A DNA stretch of 64,000 bases. Source: Dudresnaya verticillata (lineage: Eukaryota). This document shows positions 33,094 to 46,237 of this stretch, in pieces (positions within the stretch are counted from its first letter, which is position 1; each line of letters starts with the position of its first letter). A model generated the notes under the pieces. The model saw only the letters and a program-made list of their open reading frames with translations, was not told where the DNA came from and did not search any database. Location: NCBI GenBank assembly GCA_977862235.1, contig OZ374557.1, positions 2,356,001 to 2,420,000 of the forward strand. Reading direction: 5' to 3'. Position numbers and translations under genes: made by a program.

Positions 33094-33639
33094 CGGGATC
33101 CACGGTGTACACGAGGGTGGGCAACCGCGACAATAGATTTTGCCCAAGGAGTTGTGCGTCGCGGGGCGGGGCGGGGGGGCGGGTGACGAGGCAGTCTGTA
33201 TGCGGTCGCGTGCGGATTCGTGCACAGACGCGCACAGCACAGTGCACCCGTTGCACCAGAAAGCCGAAAACTGGTGACGGGTAGTCTGCAGGCGGCGCCG
33301 AGCACGCGCGGGGCGGGCCAGATGGGCGATGTGGCGCGCATGCAGCGCGCGCGGCGAGGGGCATGCTGCGGGCCGGCAATTTCTAATTTGGCCCAGTGCG
33401 GACCGCGGAGTGGGCCGCCCGGGCCAAATCGACGCAAGGACATTGAAATTCAGAATACCTGGAAATATTTTGGGTAAATTCACGCAAACCGCCATAATGT
33501 TCGAAGGAATGGTCCGTTAGCCAATCGGATTTGACCATCGTACTCACGGGACGCTCCCCTTTCTAACGCTACCAGAAAATAGCTATTCGACTCCAGTCTG
33601 TTTCGAAAGTCGTATTCTGAAATCGCTCAAATGCGTGTT
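33094..33639 (-). repeat. Right terminal inverted repeat (~546 bp)
   Basis: cgggatccacggtgt...aatcgctcaaatgcgtgtt, followed by TSD ATGG at 33640-33643. Confidence 0.95.
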
Positions 33640-33643
33640 ATGG

Positions 33644-36600
33644 GTGGGTTATGCTTTTTAGAAAATCATCCTAAGCCGGCTTTTAACCACCTTACGTTAA
33701 TGGCTAACGGTATTATGGATGTTGTACCTCACAAACCGTTTCGGATCTGGGTCTCTAATTTTTCTAACAAGCCGGTACGATTGCCCCAATCTACCTTCGT
33801 GGGCCTCGCTACTGCTGACCCTTCTGCCATTTTTACCGTTCACGGTATACCTCTATTTAAGGAGGGGAGGAAATATTCAATCATTTAATTCAAACCTTAC
33901 CTTGGAAAAGGCCAGCAGCATATCCCCGCACGACAATGAAGTAAGCAAACCCTTAACGGAAACTACAAATACTACCGACTGGACGGATCAAGTCCAGATC
34001 GTTACAGAAGAAGCATCGCTCTATAAACGGATTTTAACCCTACTCGAGGAATACAAGTCGATGTGGAGTGGCGATCTTGGCAACATTAAAACTTCCAAGC
34101 ACCGCATCGAGTTAACTCCCGGAGCTAAGCCAGTATACCAAAGCCCCATACCGTGCCATACATAAGCGACGAGATCTCGAAAAGACAGAGATTGAATGCA
34201 TGCTTTCTGCTAAGGCAAGTGAGCCAGCCTCATCGGAGTGGGTCAGTCCCGTGGTTTTCGTTCCAAAAAAGGACGGCACCATGCGGTTCTGAGTTGACTA
34301 TAGAAGGCTCAATTCCGTAACAGTTAGGGCCTCATACCCCTTGCCCAGGATGGATGAATGCATAGATTCCCTAGGGGAAGCTACTGTATTTACCACTCTG
34401 GATTGCAATAGCGGATATTCGCAAGTCGATATTCCGGAAGAGGAAAGGGACAAAACTACCTTCACTAGCCATTTTGGCTTATACCGTTTTCGGAGAATGC
34501 CATTCGGATTGAAGAATGCACCGGCAACCTTCCAACGGGCAGTGGATATAATCCTTTCTACGCTTAAATAGCAATTTGCCCTCGTCCACTTAGACTATGT
34601 AATCTTATACTCAAAAACCGTTACGAAACATTTCCACCACCTGAAGTATTTCCTTACGCTTTGACGATAGGTAAGATGGGGCAACTTTGAAGTTGTCAAA
34701 GTGTGACTTCTTCAACGCGTCTGTACAATACCCGGGGCATGTTATCCGTCCCGGAAAATTAGAAGTGAATAATCGGAATATCCAATCCGTTAAGGTTGCG
34801 AAGCCGCCGACTAACCAAATGGAATTACGATCCGTCTCGGGAATGTGAAACGTGTATCGTCGCTTTGTACCCAACTTCGCTCGGATTCCAGCGCCGCTGA
34901 ATAAGAAAACCGGCAAGAACTCACTCTTTGAGGTCGGTATATTATCCGAGACGGAATACGAAGCCTTCGAGGAACTTAAGAGATGCCTCATCTCTCCACC
35001 TATATTGGATCTACCCCGTCACCGATATAAATATACGTTGGACACTGACGCATGTGACCATCAAGTCGGCTGTGTCCTTTTCCAGGAACAACCGAATGGC
35101 GATCACCTCCCTATTGGATACTGGAGCCGGCGCCTTGCCGGTGCGGAGAAAAATTATGCTACAACCGAAAAGGAATGCTTAGCCGTGGTCTAGAGCATGT
35201 TAACACTCCGACCATACCATTACGGTGAAAAGTTTATTCTCCGAACGGATCACGATGCCGTGCGATGGATCCTTAACCTCGCGGACTCATCTGGCCGCCT
35301 GGCCAGGTGGAGGCTCCGCCTATCGGAATTTGAATGGGATGTGCAATACCGTCCAGGGATTAAACATCAACTCGCCGATGGGATGTCGCGACTCCGAACG
35401 GATGGCAGTGACGATAGACCTTTGGATGAAGAGATATCTTGCTTTGTCGCCGAAAATACCGCCGACGAATTATATGAGCATGGAGTTTATTTAACAGATT
35501 GGGCCACATCACAAGAAACCGCTACGGTAAATGACGTAGTATGCGCCGTGGAGCCCGCTTGTGGAAGTGCATCCGCCTCCCCTGACAAGCCCGACACAAT
35601 ACCGTCACGGTTTACTGTAATCCAAGAATCCGACGTTAAGGATGAGACAATAACCAGGGAGGATTTCCTCGAAGCGCAAGCCCGCGACTCTTTCTGTCGT
35701 CTCTAGGCCGATACGTTAGGCTCCCCTGGATCACAATTTGACTATGACCGTAACGGATTCTTGGTACCCAAGTCCCAATTGGATGGTGCTCTGCAGAAGG
35801 TGCTGCCAAGCGAACTCCGTGGACGGGTATTGTATTTATCCCACTACACCCTGACATCGGGTCACCCAGGCGGAATTAAGATGTATTGTACACTCCGACA
35901 GGATTATTACTGGCCTCATATGGCCAACGATGTATTTGAATCCGTTCGGACATGTCGCTCCTGCGCCAAGACGAAGGGAAGCCGCTTTCGGAATCAAAGG
36001 TTTATGCAACTTTCACCGCTAGCGGACCTTTGGAGTTTGCCGCTATCGACATCCTCGGGCCACTTCAGAAGACAAAACGGGGTTATGTATACGTTTTGGT
36101 AATAACCGATCGGTTTTCTAAGCTGACGCGCGGTATTCCGTTACGGACAACAACAGCCGTTGTGGTGGCTAACGCCTTTCTGGATTTTTGGGTGTATGCG
36201 TATGGCGCACCCCAATTTGTCCTAACCGATAACGGACCGCAGAGTTCTTTGATGCGGTTTGTTCCTTACTCGGAGTCAGGCACCTACTCACCGCTGCCTA
36301 CCATCCGCAGACGAATGGGCAAGCTGAGCGATTTAATAAGACAATCGCCCAACGTTTGCGCCATTACGTTGAGGATCATCACTCCAATTGGGATTTGTAC
36401 CTGCAACCGTTGACGTATGCGTACAATATGCAGGTACACCGTATCAAGGAAATAACATCATTTCATTTGGTGCTGACACGCCACCCATCGGACATTGTTG
36501 TACCGGGGGCTCCTGTCGAGCATCAAGAAACCGTTGCGGAAGGGCATATGACCCCGGTGCTACAGAAGCGAGGCACCATGCGCCGTTTACGGTATGCGCT

Positions 36601-37297
36601 CCAGACAGCACGCACGAAGGAGACAGTGGCTCAGCAAAAGGCCAAGGCACTGTTTGACCGTAAGGTGCGCTTTAGGCCCCCAATCCGTAGTGTAGATCAA
36701 GTATATGTCGACCGGCCGCCTCATAACTTGCGGCCTGCAAAACGCCGTGAACGGAACCGATTGGAAGGCAAACCGGATGACGTGGGTGAGGTGGCTCAGG
36801 AAATGAAGGAACTCCTTCCGAGGGCCACGGGGCCTTAGGAAGTGGAATCCGCAACGGAACATGTGGTTAAAATCCGCAAGGAAGGGGTATTAATCGCCGT
36901 CAGTATCGATCGTATTACGAAAGTTCCGATCGGAGTCGCTGTTCAACCGACACCTGTAGCGGTTCCGCCTGTCACACCCTCAACCGTCGATGGAGAAGTA
37001 TGACCACCTCCAGGAGGTACTACTGCATTACCTCCTTCAGAAGGTATTACGCCCTCCGCGACGGAACCATTGCAAGCCGATACGGAATATGTGATCGAAA
37101 AGACTGTCGGTCACCGCGACGAACCCACTGGGATGACATATAAAGTCCGCTGGTATGGTTACCCTCCGGATCAGGACACTTTTGAGCCCGCTGAGGAATT
37201 GCCGCAAAATTTCATCTACCGGTATTGGAAACACAAAAAGACCTCCGTTAAAGGTAAACTACGGCGACGTGCCAATCCAACACGTCGCTCACCGTAA
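33644..37297 (+). pseudogene. pol: Gypsy pol 3' part, subfamily B: RT, RNase H, integrase, chromodomain (multiply disrupted)
   Basis: SPVVFVPKKDGTMRF*VDYRRLN, YPLPRMDECIDSL, LDCNSGY, MPFGLKNAPATFQR, YLDD decayed to HLDY (34587-34598), LDTDACD, GHPGG, ITDRFSK, chromodomain EYVIEKTVGHR...VRWYGYPPDQDTFEP. Confidence 0.95.
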
Positions 37298-37372
37298 CGG
37301 ACAGCTGGAGTGCTAGTGGATGGGTACGCACAATGTTTATCACAAGGTAAGGTCGGGGTATAATTGAAACCG

Positions 37373-40300
37373 TTAAGGAGATCGTCGAACTGCAACTTTA
37401 AGAGTCACGGAGACACCGCTTCGGAGCGGGGACAACTCTATCTTCCTCGTTGCCCCCTGCCCAGTTCGTAAGTCGGGTTCTCCAGCCGGATCCGATTGGA
37501 ATGTACGCTGCGTATTGTCGCCCAAGGTGCGCATCGCATTATCCATACGCCGACGCTGACGACGGACCACTGCGCGGAGATGAATCACCTTCTCCATCAG
37601 TCCCTCTGCTAAAGTTGACCCCTCCTGAACGGATCCTGGCAATGGGAAGCGCTGTGTACGAGAACGGCAAATACCCCGTAGCACCTGTAACCCGCTTTCC
37701 GTAGCGGCTAAGTGACCCGGAACCGTGACGGCCGGATCCTCATTTTCGCAATTACACTGCATTCTGCAGGCGCTTTGCTGGTGGCGCCAGATCAGCCCCC
37801 GTATCCTCCTCTTTGGCCGCGCTCTCCTCCGAGTCGGGAATGTCCTCATCATACACTCTTGCGGTGATCATTGTGAGTCTCCTACCGGTGTCTGTCATGC
37901 GACGATGCAAAGTGCGAATGGTACGTCGCAGGCGCACCAGACGCCCGACCCACAGCACTGCGGTGTTGATGGACTCGTTCGCCGACGTTGGAAGAGACAT
38001 ACCCGCATCTCTACACCCGTCGCGGAGTCGCTGCACGACAGCTCCATCGACGCGCAACTCCGCTTCGGTCCAACTCGCCATCTCCTTCGGGGTATCCTCC
38101 TCTTGCTTAACCGTCACGGGGCCGATATGACGTGGTGGTCCTCCATCTGGACCCGCAGCAGCTACGAACATCACGGAGTCACTCAACGCGGGCGACACCG
38201 GCTTGGCAACTTCGCTCCGCTTCGGTACAGTAGTCCACACTGCGATTCCAGGGCGTGTGGTTGCTAATGACTCCACCTGGTAGGTTCCCACCGGTGTAGT
38301 GTCCTTTCCCACTTCGGAGTCTTCTTGTTCCCCGACGGGACCCAACTTAGCCGCTGCTGCAGCTACTAGCGTGGGCTTCGGACCAACTACCGCCACGGCA
38401 CCCGCCGCTTTTTCCAACTTGGTGTTCTTGCTGATTCCCGGTGAGACTACGGCTTTCGGAGCCCCGATTGGCGTGGACGTTGCGGCCACCCCCGACGAAT
38501 CTCCCTGCTTCTAGATCTCAGCTCCTACAGGAGGAGACTCCGTTACTGTCATCTTGGGCGATGAGGTCGTGCGGTCGCCCCACGCCTTGACGGCTTCTAC
38601 GCCAGGGGCTTCTCTTGGCACGAGGACCCTAGGGTCCACACGCACCCTCTTGATCTCGTTAACCCCCACTGGGGCACTCTCGTCAGCGGACGGACTGTCA
38701 AGGCGCCCCTGTTGAGGATGCACACCGGATGGAGTGCCCAATCGCGTGATGGCGGAGCCCTTGATGGCCCCTCCGCTTTGGGGTAGAATCTCGAGCGGGA
38801 GCGCATCGCGTGCCAGCTCGACATTTGCTCGCTGATCAACCACACCGGCTCGGGGTCTTCTTCCGACAGGAAATAGACCATACCACGTCCGGGGTTGAGT
38901 GGTGGCACCGACAACACGCGGTCTGCATCCCAATGGTAGCCGATGAACCCTGTCGTTCGCTCTCAGTTGGTTTTTGCGTGGACCGAGAAGAGACGCTCAA
39001 CACGCGACAAGGGGTATTCGGTCCCCTCAAGCAACCGGTCTACTCCAACTTGGTGTATAAGGGTAACCACCGTTCCGGGTAGCTTGAATATGCGCCCGCA
39101 CTCGCCACCTTCCGGATCCGTTCTGTTCCGCGGGTATGCCCTCCAGTCGGTCATCTTGGTATTGGCTCTGACAACCCTGTAGGTGATCTGTAACCAGGAG
39201 AAAAGGACGAACATTGCCCATTCCGCTCGGAGTATCCGACGCAACAAAGTCATCAGCGGATGGTCAATTGACTTCTCTCCACGTGGGTGTGCAGCTTGCC
39301 AGTCGCGATGCTGGATAAACCGATTGGAGAAGTACGCCACCACCGTCGGAGTTGGAACTGACAGCCAACGGGTGACTTCGTACTCAGCCCACCAATCCGG
39401 AGCGATGCAGTACAATCGACGATGCGCACCCGGCGGCACCTGGACAAACTCGTTCGTGTTCCAGGTGTGCAGTATCACCCTTCCGAGGCGGCGCCCATCT
39501 CTACTCCGCAACCGGAGTCGATGCTCTTTCGCTGCGTCGTCAGCCCACCGTTGCGGATTCTCAAACCAATGGACGCCTTGGTCGTACGGCTTCTCGTAGC
39601 ACAGGAAGTCGACACCAACCAGATGGTCTCGCAGTCGGTGGGCCATCGCCAGCAACCAACACACCTTGATGGGATAGCTCTCTTCTTCCTGAGACCTCAA
39701 CCACACGATGTCACACCCGGTTGGAGTTCGCACTCTACAATTTGAGTGAATCCACCTGGCTCTCCAATCTCCTCACGCCGATTCGGGAACCACTTGTTAT
39801 TGATTAACCCACCGGAGTCTGTGACGGCGCTGTAGCGACGCCCCTCGAGGGTGCCATCATAGTTGGAAACAAACACCGATACGGGCATGGGGAGACGAAA
39901 CATACCGCGCTCCTCTTCGATACGCTGACGCCGACCGGTGCGATGATCATATTCCCGGCCAGGCCAAGTTTCCTCATCGGTGTAGCCCGTCGAGTTCACA
40001 TGCCCATGGTAACTCCCCGGTGCCCCCGGCGCGTATGGCAGTGGACCCGACGGTGCGCCGCCTACACCAACCTGGAGACCCTGCGCATACGCCTCGTATC
40101 GCCCATGCGGAGTTGCTCGACGACAGCCAAGGGCCTCCATCGCGGTGTTGCATTTTGAAAGGCCAGGCCGTTGTGCCTCCAGCCCCATCTGCCGATCCGG
40201 AAGCGTACTGGGCGTCTGTAGAGCCTCGCCGTCATCACGCCGTCGCGGCACCCGTGGGCTACCTGCACGCGCTGGCAGCGTCGGCGTTGCGCTCGTTGCC

Positions 40301-40530
40301 GCCACAACCCCCGCTATGGTTTCCGCGGGCCCGCCGCCTTCTCTCTCTTCTGTCTCCGGCGCAGGAGCCGCCCCCACCGAAGTTGTACGCCGTGTCGGTT
40401 GGAAGGGTCCCCGTGATCGGTCAGTGCTACCGCCCGCCATCGCTAGAGGCACACCGGGTTGCATTTGAACGTTGGTCGACTTGCCCGAGGTGGAGTGCAC
40501 TGATGAGGTTCGCTCCGTCGTTGGATACAC
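37373..40530 (-). other. Antisense accessory ORF region of element B (ORFs 39697-40530, 38963-39733, 37752-38489, continuation 37373-37745)
   Basis: Copy of 2876-5654 plus a B-specific downstream frame (EDPAVTVPGHL...HLRAVVRRQRRRMDNAMRTL). Confidence 0.5.
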
Positions 40531-40595
40531 CTGAGTGGATTTGTAGAAGACATGCTGTGGCGCACGAGGACGTGCCGCGATTTAAGGAGGGGGTC

Positions 40596-41269
40596 TGTGG
40601 TGAAGTGGCCGTTTCGGAGTGCGGACGGCGGGCGGGCCGACGCGCGACCGTCGATAACCCGCGCTCTGCTAAGCGCGAGCCAAAAGCCGAGGCGGGAGTC
40701 CAGCGACACAGTAGCACTGTATGCCCTGCTGGAGTCTGTGCACACCACCAATAGGAGCCAAGTAGTTGCTTTATTTTTAATTAGGTAATTTTAATAATGC
40801 TGTATCAGCCGGCCAGTGAGAATGCCGAGCATGTCCGCAACGGTGACCGCGACCAGTAGGGCCGGACCCACCTGGTGGACCAGATCCATTGGGGTCTGGC
40901 CCACACGGACCGGACCGCGGGGCGTATCTCCCAGTATATTAATGGGTGGCCACCGCGAGTCCTACAGTAAACGGGTACGCAACCCTGGGCAAAGTGACTT
41001 ACCCTAAGCCTTACCCTCATACTCCTTCACAGTTTGCCCTCGCCAGTCCCGTGCACGGATTCCTCTTACCCCCGTCCCGGTGTAGCTGTCCTGGCACTGT
41101 ACCGTCACCCTTGCCTGTTGCGTCCCTTTACTCCTTACAGGTTTTGCCGCTCGAGGTACTCCCTTCGGTCTACGAACTAAGCTCTACCACCCCGGTGCCG
41201 TGTGAGATCACTCCTTATTGGGATTGCCTGATCAGCTCTCCTTACAGGCGTGCCTTTCACTACACCACA
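40596..41269 (+). repeat. LTR (3' LTR of element B and 5' LTR of the next unit)
   Basis: Copy of 5720-6395; by eye 3 substitutions and one 2-bp indel. Confidence 0.7.
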
Positions 41270-41798
41270 ACCGGACCGATCGGTGCCATCCTGAATTGTA
41301 TATCAGGGTGGCACCGCAGCGGATCCTAGGGTAAGCGGCCAAGCAACCCTTGAGCCTCAATCGCACTGTAGCTCTTTCCTTTACGGTTTTCTCCGCGCCG
41401 AGCCCGTTCCGGTCTACCATCACCACCGTTACGAAGTCCGTCTCGGCACTTGTACCCCCCTTGGTCTGTTGCTTCCCAATATCCGTTTCGGTTAGCCGCT
41501 CGCTGTTCTCCCGTCTCGGTGCGAACTGCTCTACCATCGCATGGAGGTAGTGTCGCTCTCGTCCCTTGTAGGAAAGTCAGGCCAGCTGTCCGTTAAGGAG
41601 TTCGTGGGTTTTCATTCCACCACATCTTTTCGTCTCCCGACCTAGAACACTGTCACGGTTGGAAGACATTTCTTCCAACCGTGACGGCTCTTAACAGCCG
41701 TCGAAATCTGCCACGGTAGGAATCCGGCTGTACCGACAACCCGTTACGGAATATTGGATATACAAGCAAGAAAAACCGCTGTGATCCGTTAAGGTATC

Positions 41799-44274
41799 AT
41801 GCAAACCGAAGAACACAAGGACCCTCCCGTTACGGAACCAAAAGCGGGTGACACTACCCCCGCGGCGCGCAGTCTGCGCAGTGAAGGAGGTGAAATTTGT
41901 GCCGGAGTGGAGAACCCAGAAGACATCCTAAAGGGTGCTGCTGGTAAATCTCCCCGTTCCCGTGTCGGATCAGACGCCTCGAAGAAGGCAGCTCCGCAAC
42001 CCAAGCCGGAATCCCATCGGGTCCACTGGGTCCTGTCGGAAGTCCTTCCTAGGGTGTTAGAGCATCCCCGATTGGAAGTACAACCTGGAATGGTGAAAGA
42101 GGTGGAGATATCCCTCTCGGAAACTGTTCCGTCTTTGGTTAAATCCTTTCTCGAGCAGCACGTTCCTCGGATAGTGCAAGCTTTGATCCTACAGGAAAAG
42201 GTGGCCGACGAGGTCGAGAGCCAGATTGCTCCCGGCATGGCAAGGCCTCCCGCTACGGAAGCTTTTACTGAGCAACCACCGTTACGGAATTACTTCCCGG
42301 TCGAGGGAAGAACGCAGCATCCGCAACAACCCCCCGTTATGGGATTACAGCCGGGTACAGTACCCTCTGGGACACTGCCACCGGCTCCCGTAACGGATTC
42401 TCAACATCAATACGCCCTTATGGGACCAAAACACACTTAGCCACCGTTACAGTTTCTCCTTGCCAGTAGATATGCCTACGCCAGGGCGCTATCAGCAAGA
42501 GCGCTATACCGTTCCGGTTCGATCAGGTGGAGGCAGCGAACATCTCAGCGATGCGTCCAGCTCACCCCATCCGAGTCGGAGGACCGGTCGAGGTCGGCGT
42601 AATCGAGATGCCCGACACTCCCGCTCTGACCCGCTCCGTCGGTCACACATGGGCGCCCACACCCAGCGAGGACGCCACAAATCCGGTATGGAATCTAATG
42701 AGACAAGCTCAGAAGATGGCCAACACCGCTCGCGGAAAAGGAGAAACAGAAGATCGCGGAAACGCGAAAAAAGGCATAAATACTCTTCCTCTAAGGATTC
42801 AGACTCAGAGCGTTCCTCCGTAATGGATAGAGAGAATAGGCACCCGGCCAGAAAACACGGTACCAAATCCGGAAAGGTAGAGGTAATCCGGCCGCTACAT
42901 GACACGTTTGTCAAGGCGCTGGACTACCGCACCTACCGATTGGATAAGAGGAGTAAGACATACGGCTCTAAGTTCTCACAGAACACGAGCCGTATACGGA
43001 AGAAACCCGACGTCCAGATGTCGTCCCATACATTCGATGGGACGGACCCTATTACCGTCTTCGGATTTCTCGCCAAGTTCCGTGACGGTTGCAATATCAA
43101 TGACATCCCCGAAGGGGTTGCCATCTGGTGCTTCCAGTTTTTCCTAAAAGGACAGGCCGAAGCCCTTCTACAGGCTAGCCTTGCTGGAGGTACCATGGCG
43201 GTTGATGTGGAGCAGGCTGAGATGCTCCGCTCCTACTCCGAGGTGGTGAATTTCCTACTGACAACTTACGATACGGATGAAGTGATCGCTGAAGCCTATA
43301 CGGATGTCAGCAATTATAGGCAAACATCCGCCATGACGGAAAAGCACTTCTGTAACCAACTCTGGGCAAAGGCTCTCCGCTGCGGTACTGTATTTTCCGA
43401 TCGGGCATTGAAGTCACTGTTCGTCGAGGTGCTCCTACCTGGGATGCGTCAACAGATGCGAAATTATCTTGCAACGCATTCCCAGCTGGATTACCATGCC
43501 ATCACTCGCTACGCGACTGGCCTCAGTCAGTCCCATCGGGCAGTTCGACGCCAAACTGTTCCGGCTCACGTCTTTGATGGGCGCAATAAAGCGCGCCCGT
43601 CTAAGGTGTTATCGCTGGATTCCGTATCGGATGTACGCTACGAGCCGCAACGACATCTTTCCGCTACGGATGATAAAGTGCTAGCAGTCGAGGGAGGCCA
43701 CGGTGCCGATACGGGAACAAGTACGGAGGTTACCTTTTCAACCCCGTACTCTTCACCCCCGCAAAGTGTTCACCCTACGCCGCCCAGGATGCCACGCGCG
43801 TAACGTCCCCATATGGTGGTCCTCGCCCGGCTCCTGGCCCCCAACAGCAGCCGAATCACCGTTACGGAAATAATTCCCACGATGGGCGAGGACAGCAGCA
43901 ACCAGCACCTCCGCTACGGGATGAGTCGGATCCTCGGGTCCGATGCCTTTATGGAAGTGGCAATTGTCGCATCTGTCTTTCCGCAGAACATGTCGTTTGC
44001 CCGTGTATAAACGACGCCGATCGGATTAAGCTGATGGAAGAGCGCGAGGGCAACTCCCAGCAGCACTACCCTGTAGACGGCAGGATTGTCGTGGGAACCA
44101 GTTCGAATCCGCAAGGGAATCGGGGCAAGCCGCAAACGCCCCCTCCGCAACGGAATGCCCCGATATTATCGGTGGAGGACCATGACGGAGTGTAATACGC
44201 GGAATTGTACGAGCCCATGGAGGCGGGTCCGACTGGTGCACCCTTGATTTCGGAAAACGCAAGGGGGGACGCGT
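41799..44274 (+). pseudogene. gag: Gypsy gag, duplicate copy
   Basis: ORF translations identical to those in 6925-9400. Confidence 0.85.
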
Positions 44275-44314
44275 AAGGGCGCCGCCACCCCCGCCTCACG
44301 ACGTTCCACCTCTC

Positions 44315-44928
44315 GTGACTGTTGACTCGCCCGGGCATCGGCGAGATACCGTTATGGAACTCCCATTGGCTTTTCAGACCAGCGATCCTATATGTGTTAT
44401 GCAACAACAAAATTATAAGATTCAAATTACCGTGGGACGGACAGATAGTGTGATGCTTCCTATAATCTCCGTATTGGACTCTGGCGCGGGGCCAAATCTC
44501 ATTAGTGCCAGGCGACTTCCCCGTCAATGGCTACCCATCATTCGCCCGCCACCAGTCCTCCGCTGCGGGATGCATCTAATCGCGCTATCCGCTCCCTTGG
44601 TCAGATCCAACTTTTCGTCCGTATCGGAGAGCTCCGTGCTCGCGTCCACTTTCTCGTGGTCGCGAACTTAGCTGCTCCGTTTATTTTGGAGACTACCTTC
44701 ATCGACCGCTATGTGAAGGCAATCCTTCCCCCGTTAAGGAAATTTGCTTTTCACCATTACCCCCCGGTATCCCTTGTTGGTCAAGCCGAAATTCCGAAGA
44801 TGGGTACCGCCGCAACACCACAGCCCTCATCTTTATCCACCGCTACGGTTTCTCAGAAAATTCGTTTGGCAAGATCTACCCCTATCCCCCCTATGACTCA
44901 AACCTCCGTCACGGTTAATACCTCATGG
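44315..44928 (+). pseudogene. pol: Gypsy protease region, duplicate copy
   Basis: VLDSGAGPNLI; ends at ATGG 44925-44928. Confidence 0.9.
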
Positions 44929-46237
44929 AACACGCATTTGAGCGATTTCAGAATACGACTTTCGAAACAGACTGGAGTCGAATAGCTATTTTCTGATATC
45001 GTTGGAAAGGGGAGCGTCCCCTGAGTACGGTGGTCCAATCCGATTGGCTAACGGACCATTCCTTCGAAAGTTATGGCGGTTTGCGTGAATTTACCCAAAA
45101 TATTTCTAGGTATTCTGAATTTCAATTTCCTTGCGTCGAATTGGCCCGGGTGGTCCACTCCGCGGTCCGCACTGGGCCAAATTGGAAATTGCCGGCCCGC
45201 AGCATGCCCCTCGGCGCGCGCGCTGCATGCGCGCCACATCGCCCATCTGGCCCGCCCCGCGCGTGCTCGGCGCCGCCTGCAGACTACCCCGTCACCAGTT
45301 TTCGGCTTTCTGGTGCAACGGGTGCACTGTGCTCTGCGCGTCTGTGCACAAATCCGCACGCGACCGCATACAGACTGCCTCATCACCCGCCCCCCGCCCC
45401 GTGACGCACAACTCCTTGGGCAAAATCTACTGTCGCGGGTGCCCACCCTCGAGCACACCGTGGATCCCGCTGCCGTCACCTCGTCAGCGCGCCCTGCCCG
45501 TCGCTCCCCGACCGCGCTGCACGACCCGCCCGCCCGTATTTCTCTACGATGGGACGCCACATGCCGATTTCATGACAACTCGCAGACACAAGTATGGCCA
45601 TTCCATGACACGCACGCAACACTACGTAGTTGGTTAGGTAATGACAATAAAATGTATAAGCCTGCAGCTGTTTCCCGGTTAACCACGCGCGCGACCGATT
45701 GCGTTGTCGACACTCCAAAGGTTCCCCGTTCCAACCATGTCCGTAGGCCCATCCATTAAGGCAACTTTGCAAGCTCCATTGGGGGAAAGTAAATGCGGCG
45801 TTTGGTAAGCTCATTCAACCTTGAGGGGGATCGCTTCCAGTCCGCCACCATTGCGGTTGATAATAGCGTCCAAACTCCCACGACCCTGCTCCCCAGACGC
45901 GTCAGAGTTAATAACATTCAGTGTACTCAATAACTGAAGCACTGACAATCTACGTTGTTAAATGAGCAGGACGTGCTCATGAAAGGGACATGTTTCCGCT
46001 GTTGGCAACATTTGTTGACCCACTTCACATTGACTCGTCAGCTGCCATTGCGGGTTCCTGGTCCAGGTATGGTTCTGCCTGCAAGGCGTAGATAGCCTCT
46101 TCATGGAAAGGATATAGTACATGCGGAAATTGCCAATGCACCTCGGTTGTTTACTGCCTGTTCCATGCGTCTCAGTGTGTCTTAAAGCATAATTGTGCCC
46201 AGCTCGTTTCGTAATGCCTGAACGAGTCTGAGTACAG

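Larger units (their letters stand above)
10055..33639. mobile_element. Giant (23,585 bp) terminal-inverted-repeat DNA transposon with Sola/DUF7869-like transposase, DNA methyltransferase and captured genes
   Basis: ~540-bp inverted termini, 4-bp TSD, internal DDD transposase; Gypsy pol resumes directly after the right end. Confidence 0.93.
5720..41269 (+). mobile_element. Full-length degenerate chromovirus-type Ty3/Gypsy element B, interrupted by a 23.6-kb DNA transposon
   Basis: LTR - gag - PR | insertion | RT-RH-IN-chromodomain - antisense ORFs - PPT - LTR; about 12 kb without the insertion. Confidence 0.85.

Noticed and set aside
10055..33639. Polinton/Maverick, CACTA, Mutator, Helitron or tyrosine-recombinase (Starship-like) element
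   Set aside because: No PolB, retroviral-type integrase, capsid, Rep/helicase or tyrosine recombinase seen; ends are not CACT; the TSD is 4 bp rather than 6, 2-3 or 9 bp.
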